Assembly: GCF_034521165.1 (NCBI RefSeq)
Contig: NZ_JAXHMV010000002.1
Coordinates: forward strand, 197,467-261,466
From: Thiohalophilus sp.
Lineage (GTDB): Bacteria; Pseudomonadota; Gammaproteobacteria; UBA6429; Thiohalophilaceae
DNA: 64,000 bases
Reading direction: 5' to 3'
Position 1 is the stretch's first letter, and each line of letters starts with the position of its first letter. The notes under the pieces are model-generated. The model was given only the letters and a program-made list of their open reading frames with translations, searched no databases and was not told the origin of the DNA. Both the position numbers and the translations under genes were made by a program. Shown here piece by piece: positions 34,983-45,090 of this stretch.

Positions 34983-36112
34983 GGCAGCAGACGGTACTGC
35001 AGATCAACCGGGCGGGTTTGCGGCTCCACCGGGGAATCCTGCGCGATGACCTGGCCTGTCATGGGCAGGTTGGATAGCGCCGGCGTCATCGACACGGTTT
35101 CGGCCTTCAGGGTATGCCCCAGTGAGACAGCCTGGTTAATGGCGAGGCGTCCGTGGCGCGAACTGAGCATCAGGGTCAGGTTGTTGGCCTCGATCTGTTC
35201 GATGCTGACCTCTTTAACCAGCGCCAGATCCTTGAGGTAATTCATAACCCGGTTAAAATCCGCCAGCCCGTTCACATCGCTCACCCGCACGCGCAGTTGC
35301 TCATGCTGATCGTTTTGCCCGAGCCGGGCGAACTGTTCCGCCAGGAGATCGGCCAGGCGATTAATGCCGGGGACAATCACTTCCTCCAGCGCCTGCCCGG
35401 CCGCATTCCAGTTCTGGCTGCGCCCCTCCTGGTACAGGTTCCAGCGACCGCTCCAGCCCCCCGAGGTCGTTTTGGCCACGCGCCCCACCAGCACCGCTTC
35501 GGCATCATAGCGGGCGGAGGCCTGCAGGATATTGTCCTCGAAATTTCCCCACACATCGCTGACGCTGATAACACTGCGATCGGTCAGATCCATGAGCGGG
35601 AAACGCAGCGGCAGGCCGCGCAGGCGGGCCTGCTGTTCGATGGCCTGGCGGGCGCGGGTATCCATATCGTTGCTCAGCAGTTCGCGTTCCCGGCGATCGT
35701 CGACCACCAGCCAGATGAGGGTCGCCGGTCGGGTCCGGCCCCAGATCGGCAGGCGGTTCTCGCGCAGCAGACGATCCACGGCCTGTTTGTCGAACCGGAC
35801 CCAGAGCAGTTCGGTCGGCTCCTGCTTCCCGTTCGCCTCCCGGGCCTGATAGCGAAACTGCTGAACATAGCGCGGCGCCTGTTCCAGCAACGGTTCCATA
35901 TCGGCCATGGTCAGGACCCTGCGCCGGCCGGTGACCCGCACCAGCACCTGTTGCAGCGCCACGCGCAGGGCGACTTCACGCACCTCCCGGTCCTGGGACT
36001 CGACCGGCACCTCGGCCTCGTACAGTCCCGGCACCTCTTCCGCCGACAGCGGCGTCGCCACCAGCCATATCAGCCCGGCTAAAAGAATCCCCAGTTGCTT
36101 GTCATACTTCAT
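34979..36112 (-). CDS. DUF2066 domain-containing periplasmic protein
   Basis: A signal peptide is present (start reassigned to MKYDKQLGILLAGLIWLVATPLSA). The gene is divergent from purM, the usual DUF2066 position. Confidence 0.65.
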   Translation of the reverse strand: MKYDKQLGILLAGLIWLVATPLSAEEVPGLYEAEVPVESQDREVREVALRVALQQVLVRVTGRRRVLTMADMEPLLEQAPRYVQQFRYQAREANGKQEPTELLWVRFDKQAVDRLLRENRLPIWGRTRPATLIWLVVDDRRERELLSNDMDTRARQAIEQQARLRGLPLRFPLMDLTDRSVISVSDVWGNFEDNILQASARYDAEAVLVGRVAKTTSGGWSGRWNLYQEGRSQNWNAAGQALEEVIVPGINRLADLLAEQFARLGQNDQHEQLRVRVSDVNGLADFNRVMNYLKDLALVKEVSIEQIEANNLTLMLSSRHGRLAINQAVSLGHTLKAETVSMTPALSNLPMTGQVIAQDSPVEPQTRPVDLQYRLLP

Positions 36113-36266
36113 GCGCTTGCCATTCCTCTGACCTGATGCGGTCCCATTGTACCGGTCGAACTGCCGTGGATTCCAAGCCGACGACCGAATTGATAGACTA
36201 GGCATATTATGCCTTGAAGCGGCCCCGAAAAGGTGCGCCCTTATTCTCTAATTTCAGGAGACTTTC

Positions 36267-37328
36267 GTGTCCAATGACCGTGTCCCACCGTCCGGTGGCC
36301 TGAGCTACCGTGATGCCGGCGTGGATATCGACGCCGGCAACCAGTTGATCGAGCGGATCAAACCCTATGCCGCCAGCACCCGGCGTCCGGAAGTCATGGG
36401 CGGGCTGGGCGGCTTCGGCGCCCTGTTCAAACTGCCACTGGACCGCTACCGTGAGCCGGTGCTGGTCGCGGGCACCGACGGGGTCGGCACCAAGCTCAAA
36501 CTGGCGATGCAGATGCAACGCCACGATACCATCGGCATCGATCTGGTCGCCATGTGTGTCAATGATCTGATCGTGCAGGGTGCCGAACCGCTGTTCTTTC
36601 TCGATTACTACGCCACCGGGCGCCTCAATATCGAGGCCGCCGCCGATGTTATCAAAGGCATCGCCGAAGGTTGTCGCCAGGCCGGTGCGGCATTGAGCGG
36701 CGGTGAGACGGCGGAAATGCCCGGCATGTATCAGGGCGACGATTATGATCTGGCCGGGTTCTGTGTCGGGGTGGTGGAAAAAAGCCGCATTATCGACGGC
36801 ACCCGGGTTGCAGCCGGCGATGTGCTGATCGGTCTGCCCGCCAGCGGTCCCCATTCCAACGGTTATTCGCTGATCCGCAAAATCGTGGAAGTCAGCGGTG
36901 CCGAGCTGAATGCCCCGTTTGGCGACACCACCCTGGGCGAGGCGCTGCTGGCCCCCACCCGGATTTACGTCAAACCGTTGCTGGCCCTGTTCGAACAGAT
37001 TAACGTCCATGCCCTGGCACACATCACCGGCGGCGGCCTGCTCGAGAATCTGCCGCGCGTCATGCCACCCGACACGGTCGCCGTCATCGACCGGCAAAGC
37101 TGGCAACGCCCGCCGGTGTTCGACTGGCTGCAGGAACAGGGCAACATCGCCGATGAAGAGATGTTCCGTACCTTCAATAACGGACTGGGGATGGTGCTGA
37201 TGGTAGCGGCCGACGATGCCGACGCCTGCCTGGGGGTCTTGCAGGAACAGGGCGAAGCCCCGCTGGTCATCGGTCAAATTGAGGCCGCCGGGGGCGAGCC
37301 GCGGGTCCGCATTCGCGACATCGCATGA
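36267..37328 (+). CDS. purM: phosphoribosylformylglycinamidine cyclo-ligase
   Basis: This is a 353-aa AIR synthase with [12 protein letters not shown] and GGLGGFG motifs. It has a GTG start. Confidence 0.97.
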   Translation: MSNDRVPPSGGLSYRDAGVDIDAGNQLIERIKPYAASTRRPEVMGGLGGFGALFKLPLDRYREPVLVAGTDGVGTKLKLAMQMQRHDTIGIDLVAMCVNDLIVQGAEPLFFLDYYATGRLNIEAAADVIKGIAEGCRQAGAALSGGETAEMPGMYQGDDYDLAGFCVGVVEKSRIIDGTRVAAGDVLIGLPASGPHSNGYSLIRKIVEVSGAELNAPFGDTTLGEALLAPTRIYVKPLLALFEQINVHALAHITGGGLLENLPRVMPPDTVAVIDRQSWQRPPVFDWLQEQGNIADEEMFRTFNNGLGMVLMVAADDADACLGVLQEQGEAPLVIGQIEAAGGEPRVRIRDIA

Positions 37329-37996
37329 GCGAGTCTGTGACCTCGAACCCGCTGCGCATCGTGGTGTTGATCTCCGGCAGCGGGACCAATCTGCAGGCAC
37401 TGATCGATCAGATTCATCAGGGTGAGGTCCCGGCGCGCATTGTCGCGGTGATCAGCAACCGGGCCGATGCCTATGGACTCAGGCGCGCTGAACAGGCCGG
37501 CATTCCCGCCCGGGTCCTGAGTCATCGCGACTATGCTTCCCGCGAGGCCTACGACACCGCCCTGCAGGCGCAGATCAACGAGTACCGGCCCGACCTGATC
37601 GTCCTGGCCGGGTTCATGCGCATATTAAGCGATGAGTTTGTGCGCCATTACCAGGGACGCATGATCAACATTCACCCTTCCCTGCTGCCGCGCTACAAGG
37701 GGCTCAATACCCACCAGCGGGCCCTGGAGGCCGGCGATCCCGAGCATGGCTGCAGCGTTCACTTCGTCACCCCGGAGCTGGACGGCGGGCCCATCATCCT
37801 GCAGGCCAGCGTGCCGATCGACGCCAGCGATACGCCCGAGAGTCTGGCGCAGAAAGTCCATGTTCAGGAACACCGGATCTACCCGCAGGCGGTCGAATGG
37901 ATCGCCCGTGGCCGTGTGCGCCTGGAAGACGATAACGTGTTATTCGACGGCCAGCCGATCAGCGAGCAGCAACGCCGGTATCGGGCCAAAAATTAA
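37325..37996 (+). CDS. purN: phosphoribosylglycinamide formyltransferase
   Basis: The motifs [10 protein letters not shown] and [12 protein letters not shown] are present. The start overlaps purM by 4 nt. Confidence 0.95.
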   Translation: MSESVTSNPLRIVVLISGSGTNLQALIDQIHQGEVPARIVAVISNRADAYGLRRAEQAGIPARVLSHRDYASREAYDTALQAQINEYRPDLIVLAGFMRILSDEFVRHYQGRMINIHPSLLPRYKGLNTHQRALEAGDPEHGCSVHFVTPELDGGPIILQASVPIDASDTPESLAQKVHVQEHRIYPQAVEWIARGRVRLEDDNVLFDGQPISEQQRRYRAKN

Positions 37997-38186
37997 CGCT
38001 CCCAAAGAAAAATTGGCTCACAGCGCTATCATAACCCCTGGCGAGAAGATTAAAAATGAACCTGTCGCAACAGCGTTGTCTGACTAATAAGCGGCGCTCT
38101 CGCAAAGCCGCGGGCTTGCCAGGAAGCATATTTGACTTCGCGTCCTGGCAAGAGATTAACAACCAACCTGCTTTAGTGGTGAGACC

Positions 38187-38894
38187 TTGAGCCCCATACT
38201 TCGCATCCTGATCCTCAGTCTGCTGGTCGGTTTACCCCTCGCCGCAGACGCCGAACTGTCGGCGCTGGATATCGAGTACCGCGTCAGCAAGGACGGTTTC
38301 AACCTGGGCAGTAACCGGCGCCAGCTGCGCCAGACCGGCGATGAAAAATATACCGTGCGGGCCGTCACCGAGGCGGAAGGTATCGTGGCCCTGTTTGTTT
38401 CCGACACCGTGCAGGAAACCAGTCGTTTTCGCCTGGTCGACGGCCAGGTTCAGCCGCTGCACTACCGCTATCATAAAAACGGCAAAGAGCCGGAAACCTT
38501 CGAAGTCGACTACGATCGCCAGGCACAACTGCTGCGCCACAGCCGGCTTGATGAAACCCCGCCCCTGCAGGAGAACGATCAGGATCTGATAACTTTCCAG
38601 CTCGCCATGATGCTTGATTTGCAACAAGGCGTGCGCAAGCTGGAATACCGCATTGCCGATAAAAAACGGATTGAAGAATACACCCTGATCCCGCGCGGCG
38701 AAAAAACCTTCGACACAGCCATGGGCAAACTGCACACCGTGGTCATGGAGTATTACGACCAGCAACGCAACCGCACCTACACCTTCTGGTGCGCGAAAGA
38801 GCTGGGTTACCTGCCCTATCAGACCCGCCGCCTTGAAGCCGACGGCGATACCATCGAATTAAAATTGCGCCGTTACAACGGCAAGTCTCTTTAG
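38187..38894 (+). CDS. DUF3108 domain-containing protein
   Basis: A signal peptide is followed by a beta-rich protein. The gene sits downstream of purN, the common DUF3108 position. Confidence 0.7.
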   Translation: MSPILRILILSLLVGLPLAADAELSALDIEYRVSKDGFNLGSNRRQLRQTGDEKYTVRAVTEAEGIVALFVSDTVQETSRFRLVDGQVQPLHYRYHKNGKEPETFEVDYDRQAQLLRHSRLDETPPLQENDQDLITFQLAMMLDLQQGVRKLEYRIADKKRIEEYTLIPRGEKTFDTAMGKLHTVVMEYYDQQRNRTYTFWCAKELGYLPYQTRRLEADGDTIELKLRRYNGKSL

Positions 38895-38909
38895 CCCAGC
38901 CCTTACGGG

Positions 38910-38992
38910 CAGTGCCGAGGTACGAGTGACGAGGGCCGAGTAAAAGGTCTTGCGCGGTATCGGGCAACCTCGTACCTCGTCCATCGGCCCTG
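38910..38992. repeat. palindromic low-complexity intergenic element, copy E
   Basis: The arms are GTGCCGAGGTACGAGTGACGAGGGCCGAG / CCTCGTACCTCGTCCATCGGCCCTG (CGAGG-type heptamers). Confidence 0.5.
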
Positions 38993-39052
38993 TATTGGCA
39001 GACAGGTAATCGCCACATGTTACCTGCAATGACGAGGGGGCACTCGACGTTC

Positions 39053-39307
39053 TTAATTGGCCGCGGCCGGGTCATCCAGACAGCCCCGCACAAAATCCCG
39101 CCAGCAGCCGAGCCGGTCCACCAGCGCCATGATCTGCCGATCCGACTCGTGGCAGGCGTCCAGCTCGACGGGCGTCAACGCGCCCCGTTCCAGCAGCGCC
39201 TGCAGGCGTGCTCGTTCCAGCTCGAGCAGGACACGGCCGCTGTCGGCCGCGCGAATACGCAGGCTCGGGTGTGCGTCACCGAGGCGGGATTCCAGTTGCA
39301 GATGCAT
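39053..39307 (-). CDS. hypothetical protein (84 aa)
   Basis: An ATG (MHLQLESRLGD...) is preceded by a GGAGG RBS at good spacing. I recognise no family. Confidence 0.4.
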   Translation of the reverse strand: MHLQLESRLGDAHPSLRIRAADSGRVLLELERARLQALLERGALTPVELDACHESDRQIMALVDRLGCWRDFVRGCLDDPAAAN

Positions 39308-39417
39308 GCGATCCTCCATAATGATAATAATTCTCATTCGCAATATTACCAGACCCGCCCGGCATTGCAATAGGAATCATTCTCATTTGGAGAAATCCGT
39401 CACTCTTCGAGGCGCCC

Positions 39418-39984
39418 TCAGGCTTTGGGCAGGGTCACCCCGCGCTGGCCCTGGTACTTGCCGCCGCGATCCTTGTAGGAGGTCTCGCACACCTCATCGG
39501 ATTCGAGGAACAGCATTTGCGCCACGCCCTCGTTGGCGTAGATCTTCGCCGGCAATGGCGTGGTGTTGGAAAACTCCAGCGTGACATGCCCTTCCCAGTC
39601 CGGCTCCAGCGGGGTAACGTTGACGATGATGCCGCAACGGGCATAGGTGGACTTGCCCAGGCAGATGGTCAACACACTGCGCGGGATGCGGAAGTATTCC
39701 ACCGTGCTGGCCAGGGCAAAGGAATTGGGCGGAATGATGCAGACCTCGCCCTTGTAATCGACGAAGCTCTGGTGGTCGAAGTCCTTGGGATCGACGATGG
39801 CGGAGTTGATATTGGTGAAGATCTTGAACTCGTCCGAACAGCGCACATCATAGCCGTAACTCGAGGTCCCGTAGGAGACGATCTTCTGACCGTTTACCTC
39901 GCGCACCTGGCCCGGTTCAAAGGGCTCGATCATCCCCTCCTGCTCCGCCATGCGCTTGATCCACTTGTCCGCCTTGATACTCAT
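39418..39984 (-). CDS. dcd: dCTP deaminase
   Basis: The 188-aa product starts at [13 protein letters not shown] and has a typical Dcd N-terminus and core. Confidence 0.95.
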   Translation of the reverse strand: MSIKADKWIKRMAEQEGMIEPFEPGQVREVNGQKIVSYGTSSYGYDVRCSDEFKIFTNINSAIVDPKDFDHQSFVDYKGEVCIIPPNSFALASTVEYFRIPRSVLTICLGKSTYARCGIIVNVTPLEPDWEGHVTLEFSNTTPLPAKIYANEGVAQMLFLESDEVCETSYKDRGGKYQGQRGVTLPKA

Positions 39985-40107
39985 GCTGCCCCACTCCTCA
40001 AATACGTGAGGCACATTCTAATAGAAAATGGGCGGGAACGGGTACGCCGATAGGCCCTCTGGACAGGATATTGGCAAGGTACTGCCATTCCACTATTCAG
40101 GCACGCG

Positions 40108-40278
40108 GGAACAAACGCAAAGAACGCAAAGGCGCCAAGGACGCAAAGAATGGGAGTAAGGACGGAATCCAAAATTGAACAAGGCGGGTTGATTGCGAAC
40201 ATCACCAGAAGTGAGGCCGCTGTTGACAGAAAACACTGAACTTTGCGTCCTCCGCGCCTTTGCGTTCTTTGCGTTATT
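40108..40278. repeat. palindromic low-complexity intergenic element, copy F1
   Basis: The arms are GGAACAAACGCAAAGAACGCAAAGGCGCCAAGGACGCAAAG / CTTTGCGTCCTCCGCGCCTTTGCGTTCTTTGCGTT, around a ~95-nt core. Confidence 0.6.
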
Positions 40279-40350
40279 TTCAGTAAATTTTATAAATGGC
40301 AGGTAGCGGGCCAGACAGGACAAGCGGGCCGCCGCCCCGAAAACGAAAAA

Positions 40351-40423
40351 GGGACGACTTACCAGTGAGGCAAAGCCGGGGTGGCTTTGCCTCGTCCCTC
40401 GTAACTCGTCCCTCGGCCCTGAG
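40351..40423. repeat. palindromic low-complexity intergenic element, copy F2
   Basis: GGGACGACTTACCAGTGAGG is followed by the hairpin GAGGCAAAGCC/GGCTTTGCCTC and then GTCCCTCGTAACTCGTCCCTCGGCCCTGAG. The latter is the same right-arm sequence type as copies C and G. Confidence 0.5.
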
Positions 40424-40431
40424 ATCGTGAT

Positions 40432-41523
40432 TCAGTTGTTTTGAATCACGATCTTGGGGAAGCTCGCGCTGTAGTCCTTGGCCTTGAGCGCCAGCTTGGC
40501 CGCGACCCGGCGAGAGATGTCGCGATAGATTTCCGCGACCCGGCCCTCCGGATCGGCCACTACGGAGGGTTTGCCTTCGTCGGTGGAGCTGCGGATAGAC
40601 ATTTCCAGCGGCAGGGAGCCCAGCAGGTCGACATGATTCTGTTCGGCCATGCGCTGACCACCGCCTTCACCGAAGATATGCTCTTCGTGGCCGCAGTTGG
40701 AGCAGATGTGGATGCTCATGTTTTCAATGATCCCCAGCACCGGCACTTCGACCTTCTCGAACATCTTCAGTCCCTTGCGGGCGTCGAGCAGGGCGATGTC
40801 CTGCGGCGTGGTGACGATGACCGCGCCGGTGACCGGCACTTTCTGCGCCAGGGTCAGCTGGGTGTCGCCGGTGCCCGGCGGCAGGTCGATGACCAGGTAA
40901 TCGACCTCATCCCACTGGGTGTCGTTGAGCAGCTGTTCCAGCGCCTGGGTGACCATCGGCCCACGCCAGATCATCGGGGTTTCCTCGTCGATCAGATAAC
41001 CGATGGACATGGACTGGATGTCATGGCTTTTCATCGGCTGCAGAGTCTTGCCGTCCTCGGACTCGGGCTGACCGGTTACGCCCAGCATACGCGGCATGCT
41101 GGGGCCGTAGATGTCCGCGTCCAGGATACCCACCCTGGCACCTTCGACCGACAGGGCCAGGGCCAGGTTGACCGCCGTGGTGGATTTGCCCACGCCGCCC
41201 TTGCCGGAGGCCACGGCGATGATGTTCTTGACGCCCTTGAGGGGCTCAACGCCTTTTTGCACGCTGTGGGAAACGATCTTCCAGCTGATGTTGAACTCGG
41301 CGCTGCTGACGCCGTCGACCGCTTCAACCTTTTCCTTGAGCTGGGCGGCCAGTTTGTCCCTGTAGCCGGCCGCGGGATAACCGAGCACGATGTCGACGCT
41401 CACCTTGTCGCCGTCAATCTGGATGTCCTTGACCGCCTTGGCACTGACCAGGTCCTTTTCCATGTTCGGATCGGTAACCTGTTTCAGTGCTTCTTCAATC
41501 TGTGTCTGGGAGACGTCTGCCAT
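40432..41523 (-). CDS. apbC: iron-sulfur cluster carrier protein ApbC/Mrp
   Basis: The deviant Walker A VASGKGGVGKST and a CSNCGHE motif are present, with an N-terminal DUF59-like domain. Confidence 0.93.
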   Translation of the reverse strand: MADVSQTQIEEALKQVTDPNMEKDLVSAKAVKDIQIDGDKVSVDIVLGYPAAGYRDKLAAQLKEKVEAVDGVSSAEFNISWKIVSHSVQKGVEPLKGVKNIIAVASGKGGVGKSTTAVNLALALSVEGARVGILDADIYGPSMPRMLGVTGQPESEDGKTLQPMKSHDIQSMSIGYLIDEETPMIWRGPMVTQALEQLLNDTQWDEVDYLVIDLPPGTGDTQLTLAQKVPVTGAVIVTTPQDIALLDARKGLKMFEKVEVPVLGIIENMSIHICSNCGHEEHIFGEGGGQRMAEQNHVDLLGSLPLEMSIRSSTDEGKPSVVADPEGRVAEIYRDISRRVAAKLALKAKDYSASFPKIVIQNN

Positions 41524-41726
41524 CTCGTTTCTCCTGATAGTTTATGTGGCTGAATAACCGAGTAAAATACTCGGGAGGAGTATGGTACACAAATTCGGGG
41601 CGGAGTGCGAATTTGGCCTCAAATCCCTCTTAACTGCAAGGGAAATGATTTGTAACTGGTCGCAAACGCCCATTCCTGCTAGGGTATGCGGCTTTTGCAA
41701 GCCTACGATTTCGGCGATCAGAGACC

Positions 41727-43757
41727 ATGCCCACACCGCGTCACATCCTTGTTACCAGCGCCCTGCCCTATGCCAACGGCTCGATCCATCTCGGTCATCT
41801 GGTGGAATATATCCAGACCGATATCTGGGTCCGCTTTCAGAAAATGCAAGGTCATCACTGCATCTACGTCTGTGCCGACGACGCCCACGGCACCCCGATC
41901 ATGCTGCGTGCCCAGAGCGAAGGGATCGAGCCCGAGGCGCTGATCGCGCGCACGCATGACGAACACACCGCCGATTTCGCGGCCTTCGACATCGGCTTCG
42001 ACAACTATCACTCGACCCACTCGGACGAAAATCGCGAGCTGGCGTCCCTGATATACAATCGATTGCGCGATGCCGGCCATATCCACACCCGGGTGATCAA
42101 GCAGGCCTTCGACCCCGAAAAGCAGATGTTCCTGCCGGACCGTTTCATCAAGGGGGAATGTCCCCGCTGCGGGGCGGCGGATCAGTACGGCGACAGCTGC
42201 GAGGCGTGCGGTGCGACCTATACCCCGACCGAACTGAAAAATCCGGTCTCCGCCCTGTCCGGCGCCACGCCCATAGAAAAGGAATCGGAACACTACTTTT
42301 TCGCGCTGGGCGATTTCGAGGCCATGCTGCGCGACTGGACCCGGGGCGATCACGTCCAGCCGGTGATCGCCAACAAGCTGCATGAGTGGTTCGACGCCGG
42401 GCTGCAGGACTGGGACATCTCCCGCGATGCGCCCTACTTCGGTTTCGAGATCCCCGACGCCCCCGGCAAATATTTCTATGTCTGGCTGGATGCGCCCATC
42501 GGTTACATGGCCAGTTTCAAAAACCTGTGCGACAAACGGGATAATCTCGATTTCGATCGTTACTGGGACAGGGAGAGCGATTGCGAGGTGTACCATTTCA
42601 TCGGCAAGGACATCGCCTACTTTCATACCCTGTTCTGGCCCGCCATGCTGCACGGTGCCGGCTTTCGCACCCCCAGCGCGGTCTACTGCCACGGCTTTTT
42701 GACCGTCAACGGCCAGAAGATGTCCAAGTCGCGCGGCACCTTCATTCAGGCGCGCACCTATTTAAAACATCTCAATCCCGAATACCTGCGTTATTACTTC
42801 GCCGCCAAGCTGGGCAGCGGCATCGAGGACATCGATCTGAGTCTGGAGGACTTCCAGCAACGGGTGAACAGCGATCTGGTCGGCAAGGTGGTCAACATCG
42901 CCAGCCGTTGCGCCGGTTTCATTCACAAGCGCTTCGAAGGCCGGCTGTCCGCTACCTGCAGCGAGTCCGAACTGTATCAACAGTTTGTCGAGGCGCGTGA
43001 ATCGATCGCCGAGCTGTATGAGAACCGCGAATTCGGTCATGCCATGCGCGAGATTATGGCGCTGGCGGATCAGGCCAACCAGTATATCGATATGGAAAAA
43101 CCCTGGGTCATCGCCAAACAGGCGGGCAGTGACGACGCCTTGCAAAACATTTGCAGCGTCGGCCTCAACCTGTTCCGCGTGCTGGTCACCTACCTCAAGC
43201 CGGTGCTGCCCAAGCTGGCCGCGGGGGCCGAGGCGTTTCTCAATATCGAGGCCCTGCACTGGGAGGACGTGGCCACGCCACTGACCGGCCAGCGCATCAA
43301 CAAATTCAAACCGCTGATGACCCGGATTGAAAAGGAGCACATCGACGCCATGATCGATGAATCGAAACAGGATCTGCAACAGACCGCGCCCGCCGCACCA
43401 AAACCGGCCGCCAACATCGAACCGATCGCCGAGCCGATCGAGTTCGACGATTTCGCCAAAATCGATCTGCGCATCGCCCGTATCGTCAGGGCCGAGCACG
43501 TGGAAGGCGCCGACAAACTGCTGCAACTGACGCTGGATATCGGCGACGGCACCCGCAACGTTTTCGCGGGTATCAAGTCAGCCTATCAACCGGCCGATCT
43601 CGAGGGCAAGCTGACCGTGATGGTCGCCAACCTCAAACCGCGCAAAATGCGCTTCGGCGCCTCCGAAGGCATGGTCCTGGCCGCCGGACCCGGCGGTCGG
43701 GACCTGTGGATTCTCGAGCCGCATACGGGGGCGCAGCCGGGGATGCGCGTGAAATAA
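41727..43757 (+). CDS. metG: methionine--tRNA ligase
   Basis: The motifs [18 protein letters not shown] and zinc knuckle [18 protein letters not shown] are present, with a C-terminal tRNA-binding domain. Confidence 0.97.
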   Translation: MPTPRHILVTSALPYANGSIHLGHLVEYIQTDIWVRFQKMQGHHCIYVCADDAHGTPIMLRAQSEGIEPEALIARTHDEHTADFAAFDIGFDNYHSTHSDENRELASLIYNRLRDAGHIHTRVIKQAFDPEKQMFLPDRFIKGECPRCGAADQYGDSCEACGATYTPTELKNPVSALSGATPIEKESEHYFFALGDFEAMLRDWTRGDHVQPVIANKLHEWFDAGLQDWDISRDAPYFGFEIPDAPGKYFYVWLDAPIGYMASFKNLCDKRDNLDFDRYWDRESDCEVYHFIGKDIAYFHTLFWPAMLHGAGFRTPSAVYCHGFLTVNGQKMSKSRGTFIQARTYLKHLNPEYLRYYFAAKLGSGIEDIDLSLEDFQQRVNSDLVGKVVNIASRCAGFIHKRFEGRLSATCSESELYQQFVEARESIAELYENREFGHAMREIMALADQANQYIDMEKPWVIAKQAGSDDALQNICSVGLNLFRVLVTYLKPVLPKLAAGAEAFLNIEALHWEDVATPLTGQRINKFKPLMTRIEKEHIDAMIDESKQDLQQTAPAAPKPAANIEPIAEPIEFDDFAKIDLRIARIVRAEHVEGADKLLQLTLDIGDGTRNVFAGIKSAYQPADLEGKLTVMVANLKPRKMRFGASEGMVLAAGPGGRDLWILEPHTGAQPGMRVK

Positions 43758-43922
43758 CAGGGACGAGGGACGAGGAAAACCTCAGTTCCTCATCGAAGCA
43801 TGCACATAACCTGCAAGGACTTTGATCGACCTCAAAGCGAGTTGAAGCACGCTATGCTTAAAATTCTCATCCTGACGGAGTACGCTTATACCTCGTCACT
43901 CGTCCCTCGGCCCTCGTCACTG
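43758..43922. repeat. palindromic low-complexity intergenic element, copy G
   Basis: The arms are CAGGGACGAGGGACGAGGAAAACC / TACCTCGTCACTCGTCCCTCGGCCCTCGTCACTG. The element fills the whole metG-rnfA spacer. Confidence 0.6.
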
Positions 43923-43929
43923 TGATGTT

Positions 43930-44511
43930 ATGATGGAATATGCCCTGATTCTTGTCAGTACCGTCCTGGTCAACAACTTCGTCCTGGTGAAGTTTCTGGG
44001 GCTGTGTCCGTTCATGGGAGTCTCGCGCAAGCTGGAGACGGCCACGGGCATGGCGCTGGCCACCACGTTTGTGTTGACGCTCTCCTCCATCTCCAGTTAT
44101 CTGGTCAACGAATACCTGCTGATGCCGCTGGGGCTGGAATATCTGCGCACCATCGCCTTTATCCTGGTCATCGCGGTGGTGGTGCAGTTCACCGAGATGC
44201 TGGTGCACAAGACCAGTCCGCTGCTCTACCAGGTACTGGGGATCTTTTTGCCGTTGATCACCACCAACTGCGCCGTGCTGGGTGTCGCGCTGCTCAATGT
44301 AAAGACCGAGCATGGCTTTATCGAATCGGCCCTGTACGGTTTTGGCGCCGCACTCGGTTTCTCGATGGTATTGATCCTGTTCGCCGCCATGCGCGAACGT
44401 CTGGCCGTGGCCGATGTGCCGACGATCTTCCGCGGTCCCTCCATTGCACTGATCACCGCCGGGCTGATGTCGATGGCCTTTATGGGTTTTGCCGGACTGG
44501 TCAGGGGATAA
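43930..44511 (+). CDS. rnfA: electron transport complex subunit RnfA/RsxA
   Basis: This is a 193-aa polytopic membrane protein and the first gene of a canonical rnfABCDGE order. Confidence 0.95.
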   Translation: MMEYALILVSTVLVNNFVLVKFLGLCPFMGVSRKLETATGMALATTFVLTLSSISSYLVNEYLLMPLGLEYLRTIAFILVIAVVVQFTEMLVHKTSPLLYQVLGIFLPLITTNCAVLGVALLNVKTEHGFIESALYGFGAALGFSMVLILFAAMRERLAVADVPTIFRGPSIALITAGLMSMAFMGFAGLVRG

Positions 44512-44520
44512 ACCACCGCC

Positions 44521-45090
44521 ATGTTTGAAGCCATTATCGTTCTCGCCTTGCTTGCCGTCATCTTCGGCCTGTTGCTGGGCTTTGCCTCGGTACGCTTCAA
44601 GGTGGAAGGCGATCCGGTGGTGGATCAGATCGATGCCATCTTGCCGCAGACCCAGTGCGGCCAGTGCGGTTTTGCCGGCTGCCGCCCTTACGCCGAAGCC
44701 ATGGCCAAAGGTGAGGCCGATATCAATCAGTGCCCGCCCGGTGGCGAGGCGGTGATCCAGCAACTGGCCGATCTGCTGGGCGTCGATCCCAAGCCCTTGA
44801 ACGAGGAACATGGCGAACACGGCGAGAAAACCGTCGTCTACATCGATGAGAACGAATGCATCGGCTGTACGCTCTGTATCCAGGCCTGCCCGGTGGATGC
44901 CATCGTCGGCGCCGCCAAGCAGATGCACACGGTGATCGAATCCGAGTGCACCGGTTGCGATCTCTGCATCGAACCCTGTCCGGTGGATTGCATTCACATC
45001 AAGCCGCTGGAAGAGACCCCGCAAACCTGGAAATGGCCGGCGCCACCGTTGCCGCTGGAAAAACCCCCACACGAGGCCAGCTCCTCATGA
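44521..45090 (+). CDS. rnfB: electron transport complex subunit RnfB
   Basis: An N-terminal TM helix is followed by CGQCGFAGC and two CxxCxxCxxxCP ferredoxin motifs. Confidence 0.93.
   Translation: MFEAIIVLALLAVIFGLLLGFASVRFKVEGDPVVDQIDAILPQTQCGQCGFAGCRPYAEAMAKGEADINQCPPGGEAVIQQLADLLGVDPKPLNEEHGEHGEKTVVYIDENECIGCTLCIQACPVDAIVGAAKQMHTVIESECTGCDLCIEPCPVDCIHIKPLEETPQTWKWPAPPLPLEKPPHEASSS

Noticed and set aside
34423-35007. The N-terminal 195 residues of the 550-aa ORF 33355-35007 extend the AI-2E transporter. Similar N-terminal extensions occur at 23205-23459 (ilvI), 44856-45086 (rnfC), 54959-55168 (GT9), 62142-62267 (motY) and 36113-36205 (DUF2066).
   Set aside because: The extensions overlap neighbouring genes in another frame or lack homology. 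Internal starts give canonical N-termini, RBSs and ATGA couplings.
39981-40323. Two minus-strand ORFs of 74 and 76 aa lie inside repeat copy F1; one contains NAKNAKARR.
   Set aside because: They are translations of the CGCAAAG-type unit arrays. Equivalent pseudo-ORFs appear wherever the repeat family occurs.
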